A model generated the notes under the pieces. That model worked only from the letters and a program-made list of their open reading frames with translations, ran no database searches and had not been told where the DNA came from. The position numbers and the translations under genes are program-made. This document shows, one piece after another, positions 55,827-64,000 of a stretch of 64,000 nt of DNA (positions within the stretch are counted from its first letter, which is position 1; each line of letters begins with the position of its first letter). The stretch spans positions 53,011-117,010 of the forward strand of contig CAVSTK010000010.1 of NCBI GenBank assembly GCA_963730855.1. The letters run 5' to 3'. Source of the DNA: an uncultured Actinomycetes bacterium (GTDB taxonomy: Bacteria > Actinomycetota > Actinomycetes > Mycobacteriales > Jatrophihabitantaceae).

Positions 55827-56339
55827 ATAACATCCTTCGGCCGTCGGCTCGTCGCGTGGTCAGGCTGGCGTCGTGCGGAATTTCGGTCAGGCAGTTCGGG
55901 TCGGGCAGCTCGGGTCAGGCATCAACACAGTCGACATCGAGGTGACACGACGATGTGTCGAGGCCTCGGCAGCAGATCGCTGCGGGTAGCTCGAGGCTCG
56001 CGGGAGAGCCCGTATCGACGGTGATGTCGAAGCACAGCACCGAGTGTTCAAACGTTCGCCGCTGGGTCTGCGCAAGAGTCGAATTATGCGCGGGCATTCA
56101 GCGCCTGGCTGGTGTAGTTATTGTCCGACAGACGGACGGTCTGGCTGTTGCCATGATGGCCCGGCCCGTGGAGTACGTCAAGAACTTCCGAGAAGTTGAG
56201 TCCGGAAGGAAATGTGTTATGACGTAGTCCGCGAAACTGGACATAGGGTGTCCGATGAGGCCGACAAATCCGTCCCGAAATGCGCGTTCGGCGCCCGCAC
56301 ATAGCGGACGCCGAACGGCGGAACTGGCCGAGCTTGCTG

Positions 56340-57341
56340 CTAGGACTTCTCGAACTTGACGACCTGACGCCCGGCGACTTCCTCGCCGACCAGGCCATTT
56401 CCGATGCCATACGTGAACGTGACCTGGCCGACATAGAGGTTGCCGGTCGAGTCGGTGATGACCGAGTGCGGCGCGATCAGGCTGCCGGGGACCGTCTTGT
56501 CGTCGTCGTCGCCGAAGCGGCCAATGACGCTGCCGGAATTGTCGATGATGGTCATCCGGCTTGGCTGGTTGATACCGCTGCTGTCGTCGTTGAAGCTGCG
56601 CTTACCGAGTTCGCGCCACAGCTCGCCGATGTAGAGCGTTCCGTCGGGAGCCACGTTGATGCCGCAAGGACGGTGCATGTCGGTCAGCTCGCTGAGGTAT
56701 TCGCCCTCGGGGCTGAAGATCTGAACCCGGTCGTTCTCGCGGTCGGCCACGTACACCCGGCCGTCAGGTGCGAGGCTGATCGAGTGCGGCAGCCGGAACT
56801 CGCCCGGACCCGAACCGACCTCGCCCCAGGACTGAAGTAGATCGCCCTTGGCATTGAAGCGGTGGACCCGGCAGTTCTGGTACCCGTCGCTGACGTAGAT
56901 GTCGCCGTTCGGGGCAACCACCGTGTCGGTGCACCCGTTGAACGGCGGACCCGGGTACTTCACTCCCTCGACCGGGTGGATCGTGGCCTTCACGCCGGGG
57001 ACGTAGCCGGTGTCAGAGGGGTGGTTCGGGATGCCCAGGGTCAGCAGCAGTTCGCCGTCAAGGCTGAACTTGCGGACGGTGTGATCGCCGTTGTCGGTGG
57101 TGTAGATCAGGTTGTCGGGCCCGATGTTGATCGTGTGCGCGTTGGTGAACGCACCCTTGCCCCAGGCCTTGATGAACTCACCCTCGGGTGTGTAGACAAG
57201 CACCTGGTGGTCGTAGCGGGTGAACAGGTAAACGCGGTCCTCCTGATCGACCGCGACGCCCGGGACGTCCTTGTGTACCTGATCGGTGGGCAGCTGCTCC
57301 CAGTCGATCAACGGCTTGTATCCGAGCTCTTGTGATCCCAT
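56340..57341 (-). CDS. NHL-repeat beta-propeller protein (peptidyl-alpha-hydroxyglycine lyase-like)
   Basis: ATG 57341 after ggaagg. Repeats: DRVYLFTR, NLIYTTDNGDHTVRKF, GDIYVSDGYQNCRVHRF, GRVYVADRENDRVQIF, GTLYIGE, GNLYVGQV. Confidence 0.82.
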   Translation of the reverse strand: MGSQELGYKPLIDWEQLPTDQVHKDVPGVAVDQEDRVYLFTRYDHQVLVYTPEGEFIKAWGKGAFTNAHTINIGPDNLIYTTDNGDHTVRKFSLDGELLLTLGIPNHPSDTGYVPGVKATIHPVEGVKYPGPPFNGCTDTVVAPNGDIYVSDGYQNCRVHRFNAKGDLLQSWGEVGSGPGEFRLPHSISLAPDGRVYVADRENDRVQIFSPEGEYLSELTDMHRPCGINVAPDGTLYIGELWRELGKRSFNDDSSGINQPSRMTIIDNSGSVIGRFGDDDDKTVPGSLIAPHSVITDSTGNLYVGQVTFTYGIGNGLVGEEVAGRQVVKFEKS

Positions 57342-57373
57342 GATGCGTGTGCCTTCCGGTTGGTAAGGGCTGG

Positions 57374-58600
57374 CTAGTTGTCGTCGAGCGTGCGGGGCAA
57401 CCAGCCCCACGGGTGGGTGCCCCATCGGGGGGCGTAGACGGCGCCGGCTTTCACCGTTTGGACGGGGGCCAGGCCCCAGCCGCCGGTGAACGTCTCCTTT
57501 GTGGTGTCGGTGAACACGAACTCGCCCTCGGCCACATCGAACACGGTGATGTCGGCCTCGCGGCCGACCACGAGCGCGCCCAGGGTGTCCGCGTGACCGA
57601 TGGCCGAGGCCGCGTTCACGGTCGTCATCTTCACGACGTCGGCCAGCGAGTAACCGACCGCCATGAACTTGGCCATGCATTCCATCAGGCTGTGGAACGA
57701 CTGCCCGCCCAGCGTCAGGTCACTCGAGATCGTGTCGGGGTAGAGGCCGCGGTCGAACTGCGCCTGCGCTACGCGGTAGCCGAAGTTGCCCATGCCCAAA
57801 GCGGAGTCGAGGATTACGCCGCGTTCGCGGGCCCGCCGCAGGATCGGGTCCAGCCGCTCGGCCGCCCGGTCGACGCCGCCGGCGCTTGGTGTGCAGAGGT
57901 GGGTCAGGATGTCGCCCGGGTCGAGGCTGTCCAGCAGGTAGGCCGTGGTGTCGACCAGGGACGCCTCGACGTCGGCCCCGTCGGCGCCGAGATCGCCGAT
58001 ATGCACCATCAGCGGCACGTCGACTCGTCGAGCGGCGGCCGTCGCGGCGTCGATCACCTCGCGGCCGCTCGAGCGGACGAGCGGCCCGACCATTCGGATC
58101 TTGAGGCCGCTGATCAAGCCCGGATTGCTCGCGGCCGCCGCGGCGATTCCGTCGGGCTCGATCTCATCAAGGCTGCGGATGCTCATGCTCCGAGCGGTGG
58201 TGTGGGCGAAAGTGCCAACGTTGGCGAAGACGATCACCCTCGTGCGCGTCTTCGGCAGGATGTATGCCGGGAAGACGCCGAGGTTCGCGATGCCGACCGA
58301 ACCGGCGTCGAGCACCGTCGTGACACCGGCCTCTACGCCGATCTCGTCGGGCGGGCAACTGCCCATGCCGACGCCGATCGTCGTGGCGCCATGGGCGACG
58401 TGCGTGTGGATGTCGATCAGGCCTGGACAGACGTAACGGTTGGGACCGCTGACGTCTAGGACACGTGCGGCCTGGTCATCAGCAATATCGGCCTCGATCG
58501 CTGCGATACGGCCCTCGCTGATGGCGATGTCAAAGGCGCCGTCGATGCCCTGACCCGGGTCGAGGACGTGGCCGTTCTTCAGCAAGAGGTCGTAGGACAT
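57374..58600 (-). CDS. Amidohydrolase/deacetylase-family metallohydrolase
   Basis: MSYDLLLKNGHVLDPGQGIDGAFDIAISEGRIAAI...VCPGLIDIHTHV...; 408 aa from ATG 58600. Confidence 0.85.
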   Translation of the reverse strand: MSYDLLLKNGHVLDPGQGIDGAFDIAISEGRIAAIEADIADDQAARVLDVSGPNRYVCPGLIDIHTHVAHGATTIGVGMGSCPPDEIGVEAGVTTVLDAGSVGIANLGVFPAYILPKTRTRVIVFANVGTFAHTTARSMSIRSLDEIEPDGIAAAAASNPGLISGLKIRMVGPLVRSSGREVIDAATAAARRVDVPLMVHIGDLGADGADVEASLVDTTAYLLDSLDPGDILTHLCTPSAGGVDRAAERLDPILRRARERGVILDSALGMGNFGYRVAQAQFDRGLYPDTISSDLTLGGQSFHSLMECMAKFMAVGYSLADVVKMTTVNAASAIGHADTLGALVVGREADITVFDVAEGEFVFTDTTKETFTGGWGLAPVQTVKAGAVYAPRWGTHPWGWLPRTLDDN

Positions 58601-58709
58601 AGGAGCCTTTCGCCGAAATGTCATAGGCGGCCCGCTTGGCTTGTCAGACAATCGGACAAGCGCAAGGCCACCCTAGTGCGCCGATTTGAGTCGCGTCAAC
58701 GGCCAACCC

Positions 58710-58782
58710 GATCCGACGTTACGGCCCGGACCGCCCACATTTAACGACCCGATAGTGGGCAGCTGGGCCGTAACGTCGGATC
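58710..58782. repeat. 73-bp element with perfect 18-bp terminal inverted repeats (GATCCGACGTTACGGCCC / GGGCCGTAACGTCGGATC) and a nested 6-bp stem
   Basis: Read directly from the sequence. The right arm overlaps the stop codon of the MetE-like gene. The element lies between two co-directional genes. Confidence 0.75.
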
Positions 58783-59990
58783 AAGAGCGGCCCCAGAGGT
58801 GGTCGCTGGCGATCCTGGCGCCCTCGGCCAGGGAACGCAGCTTGGCCCAGGCGATCTCGGCGTGGCCGACGCGGGACCCGATTCCGCAGTCCGTCCCACC
58901 CTGCAGATTCTCTTTGCCGACCACGGACGCGAAGTTGATCAGGCGGGCGGCGACCAGGTCGGGGTGCTCGACCAGATCGGTCGCGTGACCGACGACCCCG
59001 GGCACCAGAGTTCGTCCCTCGCCGAGCTCGACGTCGGCCCACACCTTCCATTCCTGCTCGTGGCGCACGTTGCTCGACTCGACTGAGAATGCCTCGGCGT
59101 TGATCTTCATCATCAGATCGACGATCGAGCGCAGCGGGATGTCGGTGGAGTGCGGCCGGTGGCCGCTGCCCCAGCAGGTGTGGAAGCGGATCAGCTCACG
59201 GGGCAGGCCCTCGATGCTGTGGTTGATGACCTCGACCGCTTGGCTGAGGTATCGGCGCAGGTCGGCCTCGGACTCATCCGGGAAGAACTCCCACGTCGTG
59301 CAGAACTCGGGCTCGTCGATCTGCACGACCAGCCCGGCGTCGGTGATGACCTTGTATTCCTCGCGCATGACCTCGGCGGTGGCCATCATGTATTCCTCCT
59401 CGCTCGCGTAGTACGCGTTGCGAGCGCGGGCGCCCTGGCTCAGCGGGCCGAGCGCGGCGATGAAGCCTTGGACCTCGTCGTGACCTTTCAGTGCGGTCTG
59501 CAAAGCGGCCACATCGCCGGCGATGGCGTCGTATCCGGTGTACTTGACCGGCCCGGTCGCAACCTTCTCGGTGGTCGGTTCCGGAGGCGCTCCAGGTGTG
59601 CTGAAGCCGGGCCGGATCGGCCGGCCCGAACCCGAGAACCACAATCCCGACTCATAGACGCCGGGGAAGTTGCGCCGATCGCGCGCCGCGGTACCGGCTC
59701 GTTTCGGGGGGACGCTCGGATCGCAGGGGCAGATCCTCCCAGCCCGACGTTCGCATCGTCGTATAGCCGCCGTAGCTGGTGCCATTGGCCGCCTTGACGT
59801 ACTCGCCGTCGTTGAGGATGTCGATGCCGCAGTCGATCTGCATCTCGACCACCTCTGCGACCGCACCGGGCAGGCGCTGGGCGACGGCGTCTTGAGTGGC
59901 TGGACGGCCGGCGATGAGGGCGTCGAAGTCGGGCGGCCGCGGCAGGTTGCCGCCGTGCGAGGTCAGGATCCGGTCGGTGCTTCGCTTCAT
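58781..59990 (-). pseudogene. MetE-like (Meth_synt_2 / methionine synthase II family) protein, one frame break near 59700
   Basis: N-terminus MKRSTDRILTSHGGNLPRPPDF...DILNDGEY in one frame. The rest (VVQIDEPEF...IRFHTCWGSG...GGTDCGIGS) is in the frame of ORF 58781..59866. Confidence 0.8.
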
Positions 59991-60113
59991 CGCGATGTCC
60001 TTACTGGGCGCGGGCCTTTGTCACTGGCTCATATATAACCGCGCCGCGGACGCACCGCGCTAGCGTTTGCCGCCGAATATTTACCTGGACTAACTAACTG
60101 GATCCAGAACGAC

Positions 60114-61173
60114 CTATAGCGTGGCCGGCGCGGCCGCGGGTGATGGCATCGCCGCCCGGACCTGGGGCAGCACCTCGGTGCCGAGCAATTCGATGGCGGT
60201 CATGATCCGGTCATGGGGCACACCGGCCCAATCCATTTGCAGGGCGTAACGATCGGCGCCGGTCAGCTGGCCGACGCTGATGAGGCGCTCGGCGATCTCG
60301 GCCGGGCTGCCGGTCAGCAGCGCCTGCGATCCGCGGGTCATCTGGTCATAGTCCCGGCGACTGGGAATCGACCACCCGCGCGCTTTGGCGCCGTACTTCA
60401 TGGTCTCGAGCCAGTACGGGTAGAAGGCGTCCTTGGCGTCCTGGGAGTTGCGGGCGATCAGGCCGATGCCACTCATCGTGACGTGCTGCGCCGACGGATC
60501 GTGCCCGGACGCGTCGACGGCCCGGCGATAGAGGTCGACGAGCGGGGCGAACCGTTCGGGCGCACCGCCGATGACCGCGTAGACCACCGGCAGCCCCAGG
60601 ACGCCGGCGCGGACCGACGACTCGGGGTTGCCGCCCGTCCCCACCGAGATCCGAAGGTGGTCACCGTAGGGGCGCGGCAGGATCTGCGCGGCGTTGCAGC
60701 GGTGGACGGAATTTGCCGGACCAGGTCAACGACTCGGACCGGTCGATCGCCAGCAGCAGTTCGAGCTTCTCCTCGAACAGCTCGTCGTAGTCGTCGAGGT
60801 CGGCGCCGTACAACGGAAAGGACTCGGTGAACGAACCGCGGCCGGCCAGCAGCTCGGCCCGTCCCCGACTGAGTTGATCGAGGGTGGTGAATTGTTGGTA
60901 GAGCCGCACCGGATCCTCGGTGCTCAGCACGGTTACCGCCGAACTCAGGGTGATCTGCTTGGTCCGGGCGGCCGCGGCGGCAAGCACCGTCGCCGGGTTC
61001 GAGATCGCGTAGTTCTCGAGGTGATGCTCACCCAGGCCGTAGAACGACAGGCCGAGCTCGTCGGCGAGCTGGATCCGCTCGAGGGTGTTGGCGTAAGTGT
61101 CGGCGACCGAAAGTTGCGCGCCGGTCGTCGGGTCGGGGTGGCGATCGCCGAAGCTGTAGATGCCGAGTTCCAT
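60114..61173 (-). pseudogene. LLM-class flavin-dependent oxidoreductase, one frame break near 60660
   Basis: MELGIYSFGD...ADELGLSFYGLGEHHLENYAISNP...LSSAVTVLSTEDPVRLYQQFTTLDQLSRGRAELLAGRGSF / VGTGGNPESSVRAGVLGLPVVYAVIGG... Confidence 0.85.
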
Positions 61174-61262
61174 GTTGGTTGAATGCGCAACTACCACTTG
61201 CTATTCCCAGCGGGCTAGCGTGGTCGGTACGCCAGCACGCCGCCGAAACCGGAGGACTTCTG

Positions 61263-62186
61263 ATGCCAAAGCAGTTCGATTCGACCAGTACGGACCGGTA
61301 GACGTCCTGTATCTGGCCGAGGTTCCCCGTCCGATTCCGGGGGACGGGCAGGTGCTGGTCGAGGTCCGCGCCGCCGGCATAAACCCGGGCGAGGCGAAGA
61401 TTCGCAGCGGCGAGTTGCATGAGCGGTGGCCGGCGACCTTCCCGTCCGGGCAGGGCAGCGATCTGGCCGGGATTGTGGCCGAGCTGGGTGCCGGGGTGTC
61501 CGGCTGGCAGGTCGGCGACGAGGTCATCGGGTTCGTCAACAATCGTTCGAGTCAGGCCGAATACGCGCTCGTCGATGCGGCTGACCTGACTCGTCGCCCG
61601 AGCGAGCTGTCATGGGCCGAGGCCGGTGGCTGTTCGTCGCCGGAACCACCGCCTATGCCGCGGTGCGGGCCGTCGCGCTGAACCCGGGCGACACGGTGGT
61701 CGTTTCCGGGGCGGCCGGCGGGGTCGGCACGCTGGCGGTACAACTGGCCAAGCTGGCCGGGGCCACGGTGATCGGGTTGGCCAGCGAGACGAACCACGAA
61801 TGGCTGGCCGACCATGGCGTCATCGGGGTCAGCTACGGCGACGGCGTCGCCGACCGGATCACCGCCGCCGCCGGCGGACCGATCGATGCGTTCATCGACA
61901 CCCACGGTGACGGCTACGTCGAGCTGGCGATCGAGCTCGGCGTCGCGCCGGCGCGGATCGACACGGTGGCCGACTTCGCCGCGGTCGCGAAGTACGGCGT
62001 CAAGGCCGAGGGGAACGCCGCCGGAGGCCACGGCTGACGTGATGGCCGAGCTCGCCGGTCTGATCGACACCGACCAGCTCGAACTGCCGATCGCCGCGAC
62101 CTATCCGCTGGCCGAGGTTCGGGCCGCTTACACCGAGCTGGCGGGCGGTCACACCCGGGGCAAGATCGTGCTTGTTGACCGGATGA
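61263..62186 (+). pseudogene. MDR-superfamily NADPH:quinone oxidoreductase, at least 4 frame breaks
   Basis: GGAGGA lies 7 nt before the ATG. MPK then a frame break; AVRFDQYGPVDVLYLAEVPRPIPGDGQVLVEVRAAGINPGE... / LFVAGTTAYAAVRAVALNPGDTVVVSGAAGGVGTLAVQLAK / ADVMAELAGLIDTDQLELPIAATYPLAEVRAAY. The stop position is inferred. Confidence 0.8.
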
Positions 62187-62227
62187 CGCCGGGATTCGAA
62201 GCTGAACCGGGGTGGGCTGACCCAGGC

Positions 62228-63059
62228 TCAATCGGTCGACTGGTGGCGGGCCCGCGCGCGTCGCACCGCATCGTCGACCATGCGTTGCGCGACGTCGATG
62301 AGTTTGGTGTTCCCGCTCTGGCTCATCGTCCGCAATCGTTCGAACGCCTCATCGGCCGTGACCCCGGTCCGGCCGCGGATCAATCCGATGGCCTGGTCGA
62401 TCACCGGGCGGCTCGCGATCGCATTCTGCAATTGCAGCGTCAGGGCCACGGTCTGGGCCAGAACCTGGGCGTTGTGCACGGCCACCGCGGCGGGCGGTGC
62501 GAACAATTCGCCGAGTTCGGCGGCGTGATCGTCGAACACGTCCTTGGTTCGCGCGTAGACGTTGATCGCACCGACGACCTGATCCGGCAGCAGCAGCGGC
62601 AACGACAGCACACTGTGCACGCCGAGCCGTCCGACCCGCGGACCGAACCGGGGCCAGAGCTTCTCGCCGCCGAGCGAGCCGGATCGAACCGTGCGGCGCT
62701 CACGAGCGGCGGTAATGCACGGGCCTTCGCCGACGGTGACGTACTGGATCTCATCGATTTCGCGGACGAACGGGTCGCTCGCGGCCAGCGCCTCGACCGT
62801 GTGCTTGTCTACGGTCGACGCGTAGCAACGTCACGCCCGCGCCGTCGGCGCCGGGGACCGCGCGAGCCGCAGCCACCGCCACGCGGCCGAGCAGTTCCTC
62901 GAGCGCGAGTGAGCTGGTCACCAGCGTGGCCAGGTCGGCCAGACCGGCCTGCAGGTCCAGCGCATCGGCGCGCAGCTGCTCGAAACTGGGCGACCGGTCG
63001 AGTGGGCCGTCGTCGGCAGCCGGGTTGTCCGGATCGGTCATGTCGGCACCGAACGTCAT
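62228..63059 (-). pseudogene. GAF plus ANTAR domain RNA-binding regulator, frame break near 62810
   Basis: ANTAR: LQNAIASRPVIDQAIGLIRGRTGVTADEAFERLRTMSQSGNTKLIDVAQRMV. GAF: SVLSLPLLLPDQVVGAINVYA. The N-terminus (MTFGADM...LEELLGRVAVAAARAVPGADGAGVTLL) is in another frame. Confidence 0.8.
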
Positions 63060-63163
63060 CTACTGCTCCCAAGAGTTCGGACCAGCATGACACCGCCGCG
63101 CCGATTGTGTTTTCGTTCCGGTCGCGGTGGGTAGGTTCCTGACTACACCAGACGGCCGTAAAG

Positions 63164-63610
63164 GTGATGATGCCCGTGTGTTACCGGGCCGAACGCAGTC
63201 TTGTCGCGTCGAGTCAGGCTGCTCGAGCGGCGCGGAACTTCTGTTCCGAGCAGCTGCGCGCGACGTTGACTGACATTTCGCCCGCACGGGACGTTATCGC
63301 CGATGCTTCGGTCGTGGTGAGCGAGCTGGTGTCGAACTCGGTCGGTGCCGGTGCCCGTCGAATCGAGGCCGCCTTGGTGGTGCATCGCACCCACCTGTTG
63401 CTGTCGGTCTACGACGACGCCGACGGCGAACTCGTTGCCCTGCACCCGGCTCCAAACGATGAACACGGGCGAGGGCTGCAGATCGTCGATGCGTATTCGC
63501 TCAAATGGGGTTTCGACGAACTGGCGACCGGTAAGCAGGTCTGGGCGATGCTGGCCGTTCCGGACGAGGCCACGGCGACGATGATCTGCAACGTGTATGC
63601 GCTTGTGTGA
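63164..63610 (+). CDS. HATPase_c-like ATP-binding protein (anti-sigma/RsbW-like)
   Basis: ARAARNFCSEQL...VVVSELVSNSVGAG...DEHGRGLQIVDAYSLKWG. Confidence 0.7.
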   Translation: MMMPVCYRAERSLVASSQAARAARNFCSEQLRATLTDISPARDVIADASVVVSELVSNSVGAGARRIEAALVVHRTHLLLSVYDDADGELVALHPAPNDEHGRGLQIVDAYSLKWGFDELATGKQVWAMLAVPDEATATMICNVYALV

Positions 63611-63693
63611 GCGTCTGTCAGCTTGTGTGGCTTTGGCGACCCGTCGACGTCGGCCAATGATTAGGTCGGGGCGATGACGAGCAAGATGAACAA

Positions 63694-64000
63694 ATGATCA
63701 ACGAACCCTCGAGCGAGCCCCTGTTGATCCTCGCGATGGACCATCGTGACTCCTTCGCCCGGCAGTTCGGGGTGCGCAACGGCCCACCGCGTGACGAGCA
63801 ACTCGTTCAAATGCGGGCGGCCAAGGACCTCATCTATCGAGGGCTCCGGGGCGCGCACGAGCAGTTGGCCGGTAGCGGTGGCCAGGTCGGGGTTCTGGTC
63901 GATGAGGAACTTGGCGCGAATGTGTTGCGATCGGCCGCCACGGACGGGCTGGCGGTCGCAATGCCGGTCGAGAAGAGTGGACAGAAGTTATTCGAGTTGC
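63694..64000 (+). CDS. Partial (5' part) DUF2090 / IolC-C-terminal aldolase-like domain protein; runs off the right edge
   Basis: MINEPSSEPLLILAMDHRDSFARQFG...AAKDLIYRGL...VGVLVDEELGANVL...AMPVEKSGQKLFEL. Confidence 0.6.
   Translation, partial: MINEPSSEPLLILAMDHRDSFARQFGVRNGPPRDEQLVQMRAAKDLIYRGLRGAHEQLAGSGGQVGVLVDEELGANVLRSAATDGLAVAMPVEKSGQKLFEL

Noticed and set aside
56084-56339. Possible remnant of the missing liv substrate-binding protein. The tail of minus-strand ORF 56084..56434 reads ...FSEVLDVLHGPGHHGNSQTVRLSDNNYTSQ.
   Set aside because: The resemblance to the C-terminal end of binding proteins is vague (a G-P and a few hydrophobic positions). The segment does not share the liv composition bias. 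This is not enough to call a pseudogene.
58710-58782. Calling the 73-bp inverted-repeat element a MITE.
   Set aside because: There are no flanking target-site duplications and no second copy in this window. It is reported only as an inverted-repeat element to be checked genome-wide.

Overview
High-GC (about 68-70% by eye) actinobacterial chromosomal segment. It is F420-using and has a close homolog of the M. tuberculosis AdoK adenosine kinase. I call about 60 protein-coding genes on both strands. I found no rRNA, tRNA, CRISPR array, transposase or integrase.

Gene content, left to right:
- MFS efflux pump, PP2C sensor phosphatase, F420-LLM::HAD, DUF72, glgX, DUF2252
- GGDEF cyclase, SAM methyltransferase, large LuxR/LAL regulator, lipoprotein
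- TetR plus a DrrAB-like ABC exporter
- nrtR divergent from nadA-nadB-nadC
- small stress membrane proteins, VOC protein, second MFS plus TetR
- aldo/keto reductase, SDR, CPBP protease, ArsR plus SRPBCC
- AI-2E and DMT-like transporters, RHH plus DUF4097 pair
- stand-alone LigD polymerase domain, LLM, Ldh_2, LigJ-like amidohydrolase
- larE divergent from larB-larC, with no larA in the window
- PucR regulator followed by a large one-carbon/methyl-cycle cluster: homocysteine S-methyltransferase::MTHFR, purU, metK, metV-like, metF, a 489-aa unknown protein, core-MetE, adoK
- a compositionally aberrant block: an alpha/beta-fold gene plus livHMGF without a binding protein
- NHL/amidohydrolase/MetE-like/LLM genes, quinone oxidoreductase, GAF-ANTAR plus ATP-binding protein, and a partial DUF2090-like gene

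Most interesting observations:
1. A translationally coupled metV-metF-unknown-core-metE module. It looks like a non-canonical methionine synthase system.
2. An orphan larBCE set whose larE heads an operon with non-LarA enzymes.
3. A mirror-image strand-composition and codon-usage mosaic inside the liv operon. The plus strand is G/T-rich on the left and C/A-rich on the right, and the switch falls inside livM.
4. Indel-type frame disruptions are clustered in discrete blocks (nadABC/nrtR, both MFS genes and others), while long neighbouring genes are intact. This suggests local consensus errors, though real gene decay is not excluded.

All family calls come from reading translated sequence by eye. 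No database search was run.
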